A DNA stretch of 64,000 nt from an uncultured delta proteobacterium (GTDB taxonomy: Bacteria > Desulfobacterota > BSN033 > UBA1163): assembly GCA_963827685.1 (NCBI GenBank), contig CAWHBU010000001.1:288001-352000 (forward strand). Reading direction: 5' to 3'. The notes below the pieces were generated by a model that did not search any database, was not told where the DNA came from, and saw only the letters and a list, made by a program, of their open reading frames with translations. A program made the position numbers and the translations under genes. Numbering within the stretch: position 1 is the first letter of the stretch; every line of letters begins with the position of its first letter. Of the stretch, positions 28,351-35,619 are shown one piece after another.

Positions 28351-28461
28351 TTAGATGACCTTGAGAAATTTTACGATGATTAAGATCAGCAAGAATACCA
28401 GGTAGAACCGTAAGAAGTAGAGTGCGATCTTTGTCATGCGAGTCATTTTCACACGGGGCAT
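28351..28461 (-). CDS. 36-aa single-pass membrane peptide (MPRVKMTRMTKIALYFLRFYLVFLLILIIVKFLKVI)
   Basis: GAGGAG RBS; starts 10 nt after the CBS gene stop; absent from the ORF track. Confidence 0.7.
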   Translation of the reverse strand: MPRVKMTRMTKIALYFLRFYLVFLLILIIVKFLKVI

Positions 28462-28471
28462 TGTATTCTCC

Positions 28472-29770
28472 TCAAACCTTTACCCGGGTTACAAGATCCT
28501 TCATGATATCATTGAAATGGATCACTCCCAGGATGTGATCCCGTTCATCAACAACAGGAATCATTCGATAATGATACTTAGCGAACATTTCAGCGAGATC
28601 CTCCCGTACATCATTTTCCTCTGCAACGACGGCGGGGGTAACCATGATTTCTCCCAAAGTCATCTGATCCGAAGAAAGCAGCAGTTCCCGTAAATCGACC
28701 ACACCGACAAGGGTCTGGTCTTCCGCACTGATTATATAGATATATGAGATTGCATCATGTTCAACACCGGAGCGTCTTATCTTTTCGAGAACTTCACCCA
28801 CTTGAGCGTGCTTGAATGCTGTCATAAAATTTGATGACATGATGTCCCTGGCTTTAGCTTCACGGTCTGAGAGAATGGCTTGTACGCGCTCGGCCTGTTC
28901 CGGTCTAAGCAATGTCATTAGATTTGTCATCTGCTCATGCGGTAAAACAGAAAAGAGATCTGCCAGCTGAGGAATCGTCATTTCGGATAGAATGGTGTGC
29001 GCTTTTTCCTTCCGTAGGTTGGCAATGATCTGTCGTTGTGCCCTGGGTTCTGCCTCGACCAGAGTCTCCGCAGCCTTTTCCGAATCAAGAGCTGAAAAGA
29101 GAGCCTGCTGTTCCTTACCGGACAATTCTTCAAGGGCATCCGCCAGGTCCTCGCTGGGCATCTGCAAGACCTGTTTACGGGTGACAGAGAGCGTCACTTT
29201 GTCTGTGGAAACAGCGTCCTCCAACGAAAGGGGCTGGACGTATTTCCACGAGATAAATTGATCTTTAACCCAGCGGATTCCTCCCAAACCCCACCTGCGT
29301 AAGAAACCATTGAAGGAAATATCAACGTGGACGATGATCAATTGACCCTTGGACTCCAGAAGATGGACGTCGTTAACCACCTCAATGCGCCGACCATCCA
29401 TGTCCAGGATGGTGCGCCCCATTAAGTGTTTGTCCACAAGTATCCACCCCGTTTGATCGACGAAAGGAGGATAGGTATTTCCGTTTTCAGGGGGTTGGAC
29501 AAAAATGGCATCGTCTTCAATCCTTAAGACTTTTGTCCAAGAGATAAATTCGGTAGGCTTACCCCATCCGTGCTCAACATAGATTCCTACGGCTTCAGGG
29601 TAAGGTTCTGTGAGAGAGAATACCAGATCGGTTAGTTTTCCGATCCGATCCTTAATCTTTCCTGCACAAATTGGACGCTTGATCAGTTCTGAAAAATAAA
29701 GGAATCGGTAGCTCCCAGGGCCACTGGCCGGGCTGGGTGTTTTTGAAGCATTGACAGCAGATGTTATCAT
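28472..29770 (-). CDS. PRC-barrel / MgtE intracellular N-domain / CBS protein (no membrane domain)
   Basis: ILDMDGRRIEVVND, DLADALEEL, CBS pair (LVGVVDLRELL, IPVVDE). Confidence 0.88.
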   Translation of the reverse strand: MITSAVNASKTPSPASGPGSYRFLYFSELIKRPICAGKIKDRIGKLTDLVFSLTEPYPEAVGIYVEHGWGKPTEFISWTKVLRIEDDAIFVQPPENGNTYPPFVDQTGWILVDKHLMGRTILDMDGRRIEVVNDVHLLESKGQLIIVHVDISFNGFLRRWGLGGIRWVKDQFISWKYVQPLSLEDAVSTDKVTLSVTRKQVLQMPSEDLADALEELSGKEQQALFSALDSEKAAETLVEAEPRAQRQIIANLRKEKAHTILSEMTIPQLADLFSVLPHEQMTNLMTLLRPEQAERVQAILSDREAKARDIMSSNFMTAFKHAQVGEVLEKIRRSGVEHDAISYIYIISAEDQTLVGVVDLRELLLSSDQMTLGEIMVTPAVVAEENDVREDLAEMFAKYHYRMIPVVDERDHILGVIHFNDIMKDLVTRVKV

Positions 29771-29786
29771 TTCGACCTCTCATTGG

Positions 29787-31097
29787 TCATTTAAAAAGAC
29801 CTGGAAAAAGGGTACTGATGCCCAAAAGTGTTGACATCAACGCCACGATAATGACAATGGTCCAATTTGCATAATTTTCCCAGGTGGTGCTGGTATGCTC
29901 ACCCATGCATGATTCATCATTCAAAAGAAGGAGTAAGAAGACAAGTGCTGCAGGCAAAAGGGTGACCGCTACCACCTGTACGAACATCGTAATGGTGACC
30001 AGGGGAGCACCCGGGATCAAAACCACCAGGCCCGAGGTGATCAGCATGGTCAGGTAGATCAGGTAGAACCATGGCGCCTCCCTCACCTTCAAATTCAAGG
30101 AGTGAGCCCATCCAAAGACCTCGCCCACGGCCCACGAGGAAGAGAGGGAGATGCAAAGAGCTCCCAGGAACCCAGCGTCAAAGAGCCCTATGGCGAATAG
30201 TCTACGTGCCAATTCACCATGTATGGACGGTAAAAGAGGTACAATAGCTTCGGCTGTTTGTTTGGCATCCTCAATCGTGATGGGTGGATGGTGATAATAA
30301 AAGACCGAGCTTGTGGCAATGATGATGAAAACGGCCACCACACACGTTAGAAAGGAGCCAATGAGTGTGTCCAATCGGCCGAATTTGATATCATGAATAT
30401 CCAGACCCTTATCCACCACAGCGCTTTGTTGAAAGAAGATCATCCAAGGGGCGATGGTCGTCCCGATGTTAGCCATGATGATGAAAATCAGGTCTCCGTT
30501 GAAACCAAAGGGTAAATTCGGATGATAAAAACCTCGGAACACCTCGTTCCAACTCGGCGCGCTTGGGGTTTCCATGGCCCAGAGGGCAGCAGGGATATAG
30601 ACAAAATTAAAAATGCAGAAGAAGAGGGCGATTTTCTCGAAGGTCCAGTATTGTCCTGAGATCACTATTGCGAATAGAATGATTGTCACGGAAACAAAGG
30701 TAAGCCAAGGAGGTACACCCAAGAGACTCATTGCAGCAATCATTCCGATGTATTCGGTAATCAAAGTTATCCAGTTGACAATGCCTAGGTCGATAAGGGA
30801 AAACCACCCCCAGAAAGACCCAAAACCATCGAAGATGGCTTCAGCATGTCCACGTTTGGTCACAGCTCCCAAACGGACTGTCATTTCCTGGACATAAAAG
30901 GCCATTGGCACGAGAGGAATGAACATCCAAAGGAGTGAAAAGCCGTACTTTGAACCTGTAACGGCATAGGTAGATATTCCTCCTGCATCGTTATCCGCTA
31001 CCATCACAATAATTCCCGGGCCGAGCACCGACAAGAAAATGATCAATTGCCGGCGTAGACGGGTTAGAAGATGGATGCTCTTACTGATCCAATACAT
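29787..31097 (-). CDS. NRAMP-related divalent metal (probably Mg2+) transporter
   Basis: GPG...ADNDAGG in place of DPGN; ANIGTTIAPW; about 11 TM segments. Confidence 0.88.
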   Translation of the reverse strand: MYWISKSIHLLTRLRRQLIIFLSVLGPGIIVMVADNDAGGISTYAVTGSKYGFSLLWMFIPLVPMAFYVQEMTVRLGAVTKRGHAEAIFDGFGSFWGWFSLIDLGIVNWITLITEYIGMIAAMSLLGVPPWLTFVSVTIILFAIVISGQYWTFEKIALFFCIFNFVYIPAALWAMETPSAPSWNEVFRGFYHPNLPFGFNGDLIFIIMANIGTTIAPWMIFFQQSAVVDKGLDIHDIKFGRLDTLIGSFLTCVVAVFIIIATSSVFYYHHPPITIEDAKQTAEAIVPLLPSIHGELARRLFAIGLFDAGFLGALCISLSSSWAVGEVFGWAHSLNLKVREAPWFYLIYLTMLITSGLVVLIPGAPLVTITMFVQVVAVTLLPAALVFLLLLLNDESCMGEHTSTTWENYANWTIVIIVALMSTLLGISTLFPGLFK

Positions 31098-31212
31098 AAG
31101 CAGTTCCTATTGCCAACGATTGAAGACCCAACTTTTTTGTAAAAAGTTTTTTACAGAGCAGCCAGTGAAAAGGGATATGGGATTTGATATTCCTATTGGG
31201 GGTGTCATACAT

Positions 31213-31256
31213 GGCACAACTCCGTTTCCTGCCAGGGCTGGTCCCGGAAATGTGCC
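31213..31256 (-). promoter_or_regulatory. Structured leader RNA element upstream of the NRAMP-like operon
   Basis: GGCACA/UGUGCC and UUCCG/CGGAG stems enclosing CCAG-CC-CUGG. Confidence 0.45.
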
Positions 31257-31265
31257 CAAGAGGGA

Positions 31266-31418
31266 CTAAATAGTTACCTTATTGGCCATCATTTCCGAGC
31301 TTCGATTCTTTTCTACTTCACCAGCAAAGGCCAAGTTATCCGAATCAACCGGGCTACCAGGAGGTTCCATTTCTTCGGGCTTAATCTCTTCCTCTTTTCT
31401 TTTCGTGATCAAAATCAT
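31266..31418 (-). CDS. Putative leader peptide, 50 aa (or 34 aa from the ATG at 31370), containing KPEEMEPPGSP
   Basis: Open frame in the 5' region of the Mg2+ transporter operon, ending 9 nt before the RNA hairpin. Confidence 0.4.
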   Translation of the reverse strand: MILITKRKEEEIKPEEMEPPGSPVDSDNLAFAGEVEKNRSSEMMANKVTI

Positions 31419-31584
31419 TAACTTACTCTTAGTATATTCGAACAAAGATTGTCAAGCAGAAAACGCAAAAAGGTGTCTTTTGAAGCCTGATTATTATCCA
31501 CTTCAATTATCTGTGAACCCAAAAAAGATTCTATCCCTGTGCCCTCTGCGCTATGCTCTATGCGTTTTGTTTGAAAGGAAGGTG

Positions 31585-32427
31585 TCAAATCGAAACTGTT
31601 CTCAATTCCCCCTTGGTCATCTCTTTCAAAGTTCTTTCGATTCGTTTCAGGAGGTCACCCTCAAAATCTTTTGGGGAATGGATCGGCAGAAGGAGGCATT
31701 TGAGTTCCGTCAAACCTTTACTCTCCATAAGCTGTTGAAACTTCTTCTCCACTTCAAGAGGATCAACCTCTCTCAAATGAGCCAAAACCCCACGGACCTC
31801 CTCCGGGCTATATCGCTCCACGATATCGTGTTCTCGCAATCGGATTTGGGATTGAAGGTGGTCGAGGGAGAGCGAATCCCCGCTGAACAGAAAGAGAGTG
31901 AGGGCTCGACTTCCAGCCATATGACGCCTCTCTTCCCCGATTTCTTCGGGGGTGGGCTCATAATCCAATTCCATCAATACCCTCAGATTTTTTATCAAGG
32001 CGACCTGGTTCTCTTCAGAGTGAAACCATTGGAGGGGTTCGGCCGGATGGTCCACCTTGGGAGCATGTTCTTTCAACCTTTTCATCGCTTCTATCTGGAC
32101 CATCGTGTATTCGAATTTGGAGTAGCAATTTTTTGCGATGAAGCCAAATTCCATGATTTCTTTGTCAAGCATAGAATCCCGGCGATAGTACTGCCGATAT
32201 TTCCCTTGAAGGAGTTGTTCGATTGCCTTAATCTCTGTCAGTCGATTTCGAATCTCCTTATACATCTCCCGGATATCGATGAAAATTCCTGCAGGAACAT
32301 GCTTCTCGGGACTGACCATTCGACACATCTCCTGAAAGTCCTCTATCGATTCCTTCAAGTAATGATGGTTGTTTTGAATGGTCTTTTCTAAACTCTTAAC
32401 ATACCTTTGAACTCGGTCTTGCTCCAT
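31585..32427 (-). CDS. Helical protein with a degenerate GGDEF-like C-terminal domain
   Basis: REHDIVERYSPEEV aligns with RQTDIVARYGGEEF of the neighbouring cyclase. Confidence 0.7.
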   Translation of the reverse strand: MEQDRVQRYVKSLEKTIQNNHHYLKESIEDFQEMCRMVSPEKHVPAGIFIDIREMYKEIRNRLTEIKAIEQLLQGKYRQYYRRDSMLDKEIMEFGFIAKNCYSKFEYTMVQIEAMKRLKEHAPKVDHPAEPLQWFHSEENQVALIKNLRVLMELDYEPTPEEIGEERRHMAGSRALTLFLFSGDSLSLDHLQSQIRLREHDIVERYSPEEVRGVLAHLREVDPLEVEKKFQQLMESKGLTELKCLLLPIHSPKDFEGDLLKRIERTLKEMTKGELRTVSI

Positions 32428-32492
32428 CGTTCATCCCAAACCCATTCTACTCCCATTTGCCTTTCTTTCCAATATGAAACTAATTGGAATCA

Positions 32493-32637
32493 GTAATGCC
32501 TCCGTTATGGGGAAGATTTTTATAATAATCGTAGCGCCCTCATTTATTGAGGGCGGAGTCCGTCGGCAATAAATGCCGACGCTACGAGAAAAAAAGATAA
32601 CTCCATAACCAATAATTACCCATCACTGAGGGATTAC
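32493..32637. mobile_element. MITE-like element (GTAAT.CCTC.GT.ATGGG TIRs) containing a GTAG-type REP doublet at 32531-32585
   Basis: Right end cccatcactgagggattac is identical to 55632-55650. Confidence 0.65.
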
Positions 32638-32660
32638 GCCGTCTGGAGAAGAATCAAATT

Positions 32661-33068
32661 TCAAAAAAGGAGAGGTTCTTTTCCCAAAGAGAAGAGATGC
32701 TTTCGAATGGGGTCATCGGCAGGTGGCATAGTCAATTTTTCCAACTCCCTGAGGTTGACCCATCGAAGATCATGACATCCAATGGGTTTGAGAGGGCCTT
32801 TCCCAACCCGACAACGATAGACCAAAAGAAGGATCGGGTAGGCTGGATAGGAATAGAAGACCGCATCAAAAATCATCCCCACCTCCGCCTCAACATCCAA
32901 TTCCTCCCTCAACTCTCTCCGTAAGGCCTCCCTCGGCTCCTCCCCCGCTTTCACTTTCCCTCCTGGAAATTCCCAAAGGAGTCCGTGGGGAGAATCCTTC
33001 TTTCGCTGGGTGACAAGAATTTTCCCTTGTTCTATGATCAATGCGGCGACGACGATGACGGTCTTCAT
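32661..33068 (-). CDS. MutT-like Nudix (d)NTP pyrophosphohydrolase
   Basis: WEFPGGKVKAGEEPREALRRELREEL Nudix box; MPPAD. Confidence 0.9.
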   Translation of the reverse strand: MKTVIVVAALIIEQGKILVTQRKKDSPHGLLWEFPGGKVKAGEEPREALRRELREELDVEAEVGMIFDAVFYSYPAYPILLLVYRCRVGKGPLKPIGCHDLRWVNLRELEKLTMPPADDPIRKHLFSLGKEPLLF

Positions 33069-33069
33069 T

Positions 33070-34101
33070 TCACCCCTCGATGCGATTCCGGCCGCGTTTC
33101 TTCGCCCGATAGAGGGCATGATCTGCCTCGCGGATCAAATCAGTGAGGGTGGAGATAGAAGTGGAAAAGGTGGCTACCCCCACACTGACCGTTACATCTT
33201 TATTGGGTTGGGCGCTCTCATTGGGAAAACGCGTGTCGGCCACATTTCTTCTCACCCTCTCCGCAATCTCTAAAGCTTTTTCTCTTCCTGCATTGATCAA
33301 GATGGCGGAAAATTCCTCCCCCCCATAACGGGCGACGATATCGGTCTGCCGGACCCCCCGCTGGATAAGAATGGAAATGGCCTTCAATGCCTGATCTCCG
33401 GCCAAATGGCCATTCGTGTCGTTGTAATTTTTAAAATAGTCGATATCGATCATGAGAAGAGAGAGGGGGGTTGCGTAACGTTTTTGGCGTTCTACTTCCA
33501 GAGTCAGCTGTTCGATAAAAAAACGGTGGTTATAAATACCGGTCAGGTCATCGGTATAAGAGAGCCGCAACGCCTCCTGTCCCATCACCCCGATCTCCTT
33601 CAATTTCTCTTTGTAGAGGTCCCTGGTCACCTGAAGCTCCCGGGCATAGAGATCTCTTTCTTGAATTTTTTCCGTGGACTCTTTTTTCGTCCTTTCAAAC
33701 TCTTCTTCGATCTCGATCCTTTCTCTCAGGTCTCTCAGCATAATGAAAATGACATCTTCCCTGGAAACCCCGAAGAGCTCGACAGGAATCCGTTCACCTA
33801 ACCGACTGGTAATCTTTGTCCGGAATCTAACCTCTTGCCCTTGTCCTATCTCCTCAAACCCCTCTCTGATCCTGTGTAGATCTTCGAGGGCGACGACATC
33901 CATAAAGACCCCCTGCTGAAGTTCTTCCGGAGGATACCCGAGTAGGTCCATCCCTTTTGTGTTCACCTTTAGAAAATCTCCATTAGGGTTGAGGATGAAG
34001 AATGGTTCCGGGATGACTTCGAAGATGGATCTCTGAAGACGGATTTCTTTCTCCAGCGCCTCCACTTTCGTCCGGACCTCTTTAAGAGAAAGAGTTTTCA
34101 T
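33070..34101 (-). CDS. PAS-coiled coil-GGDEF diguanylate cyclase
   Basis: DDLTG, DIDYFK.YND..GH..GD, RQTD I-site, GGEEF. Confidence 0.93.
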   Translation of the reverse strand: MKTLSLKEVRTKVEALEKEIRLQRSIFEVIPEPFFILNPNGDFLKVNTKGMDLLGYPPEELQQGVFMDVVALEDLHRIREGFEEIGQGQEVRFRTKITSRLGERIPVELFGVSREDVIFIMLRDLRERIEIEEEFERTKKESTEKIQERDLYARELQVTRDLYKEKLKEIGVMGQEALRLSYTDDLTGIYNHRFFIEQLTLEVERQKRYATPLSLLMIDIDYFKNYNDTNGHLAGDQALKAISILIQRGVRQTDIVARYGGEEFSAILINAGREKALEIAERVRRNVADTRFPNESAQPNKDVTVSVGVATFSTSISTLTDLIREADHALYRAKKRGRNRIEG

Positions 34102-34119
34102 ATCCTTATCCAGAAAACC

Positions 34120-34192
34120 GCATAGAGCTTGGAGGAAAGCGCATGGCGAAAAGGATTTTAACTCTGTGCTCTATGCACTCTGCGCTATGCTA
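34120..34192. repeat. Heptamer-period inverted array (GCATAGA/TCTATGC); half copy at 31531-31564
   Basis: gcatagagc..gcatggcg ... ctctgtgctctatgcactctgcgctatgc. Confidence 0.65.
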
Positions 34193-34243
34193 TTTGTTGG
34201 GTAGGGTCAGTATAGCAAATTCATCCCTAAGAGACAAAGGCGA

Positions 34244-34924
34244 TCATACCATTTCCTGAACTTCTCTCTCGATTTTCTTCAATTCCTTTGGATCATAAGG
34301 AACGGTGTTTTTTAATGAAGGGTCTAAAGGGTTTTCTGGATTGAAGTTCTGGAGGATGAATCTTTGGCCACCTTTCAACTGATCCCCAAGCATCCGGATA
34401 TCCTCTTCTTGATGCAGTCCTGGAACAACGGTCATCCGGAATTCATACTCCACTCTTCCCCTCTTCAGGATTTCGATCGACTCTAAAATGGGTTTTAGTT
34501 TGATGGGTAGACCGGTGGAGCGTGAATAACGAAATAGGTCTAAGGGCGCCTTCACATCCATGGAGATAAAATCAATCTCCCCTCCCTCAATCAAATTTCC
34601 TAACATCTGAGGGTTTGAACCATTGGTATCGAGCTTGACCAAAAATTTGTGTCGTTTTATTTCTCGAGCCAGAAGAGGAAGATCGGTATGGAGAGTGGGC
34701 TCTCCACCTGTAAGGCAAACTCCATCGATCCAAGTCCTCAGAGAATGGAGGCGGGCGAGAATGTCTTCCAATGGAACGGTAGCATACTGCTCAGGATGGA
34801 AAACAAGGGGATGGTTGTGGCAATAAGGACAGCGGAAATTACACAAGGGAAGGAAAAGCACCGAGCAGAGTTTTCCCGGCCAATCCAAAAAGGAGGTCTC
34901 TGAAAATCCTTTGATCTCGATCAT
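34244..34924 (-). CDS. nrdG: Anaerobic ribonucleotide reductase activating enzyme
   Basis: CNFRCPYCHN, TGGEPT, KLDTNG; in the nrdD operon. Confidence 0.93.
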   Translation of the reverse strand: MIEIKGFSETSFLDWPGKLCSVLFLPLCNFRCPYCHNHPLVFHPEQYATVPLEDILARLHSLRTWIDGVCLTGGEPTLHTDLPLLAREIKRHKFLVKLDTNGSNPQMLGNLIEGGEIDFISMDVKAPLDLFRYSRSTGLPIKLKPILESIEILKRGRVEYEFRMTVVPGLHQEEDIRMLGDQLKGGQRFILQNFNPENPLDPSLKNTVPYDPKELKKIEREVQEMV

Positions 34925-34940
34925 TTTCTTGAATCATACA

Positions 34941-35032
34941 AGTGACAGTGATTGTGAAAAGTGATAGTGAGTTGAAAAAAAAGATAATGGATCGGAGTGA
35001 TTCCCAACACCCAATCACTATCACTATCACCA
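34941..35032. repeat. Hexamer-period inverted array (GTGATA/TATCAC)
   Basis: agtgacagtgattgtgaaaagtgatagtgag ... caatcactatcactatcacc. Confidence 0.6.
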
Positions 35033-35296
35033 TTAGCCTCTGTATAAATGCTGCTTCACCTCCTGGAGGGTTGGGACAACCCCTCTCCAACTGATCACCT
35101 CTCTCTCTTCCTCATCCTCGATGACAATGGAAGGGGTGGAGCGAATGCTATAAAAGGAAGCCTCGGCCAGACCATCAATCGTGTCCAAATCGTAATTCAA
35201 AACCGGCACCCCTTCCTTTTTTAACTCCGTTCCAATCTCTTTGACAGCAGGACATTTTGGGCATTTCGCTTTAGTAAAAATTTTTATTAATCCCAT
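35033..35296 (-). CDS. Thioredoxin/NrdH-like redoxin
   Basis: CPKC motif and STPS cis-Pro loop; AGGAGG RBS; lies between nrdD and nrdG. Confidence 0.85.
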   Translation of the reverse strand: MGLIKIFTKAKCPKCPAVKEIGTELKKEGVPVLNYDLDTIDGLAEASFYSIRSTPSIVIEDEEEREVISWRGVVPTLQEVKQHLYRG

Positions 35297-35350
35297 GGCC
35301 TCCTCCTTTATTTCAAAATTTGACAGGCGGTTGAAAAAGAGCAATAGTCG

Positions 35351-35512
35351 GTCATTGCAAGGAGTCCCGCCATAGCGGGACGACGTGCCTGCACGCCGCA
35401 GTGCTTGAACACAGGGATTCTTAGTAGCATGAAGTTTCGGCACGCAGGCGTGGCAATCTATAATTATTTGATTTCTTTAAGAATGAGATTGCCGCGCTCC
35501 GCTCGCAAAGAC
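35351..35512. repeat. GTCATTGC...GCAATCT / AGATTGC...GCAAAGAC palindromic repeat with nested elements
   Basis: Contains tcccgccatagcgggac and the CGTG-bounded element at 35384-35452; half copy at 15060-15097. Confidence 0.75.
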
Positions 35513-35619
35513 ACCGAAAAGACTTTTTCAACAACCTGTTGCGCTTTAACATCCATTTGTTATTGATTCACCTTCGGTTCATCACTTCGTGCGAACTTTG
35601 TCATTTGACATTTGTAAAT

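Noticed and set aside
31100-31420. M-box (ykoK) riboswitch expected upstream of the NRAMP-like gene
   Set aside because: The conserved M-box core was not recognisable by eye; an Rfam scan is needed to exclude it formally.
31282-32391. 369-aa + strand ORF
   Set aside because: Antisense shadow of the 31585-32427 gene and the leader; TTG start and no recognisable motifs.
35297-35443. N-terminal extension of the redoxin ORF
   Set aside because: Derived from repeat sequence; a strong RBS precedes the ATG at 35296.
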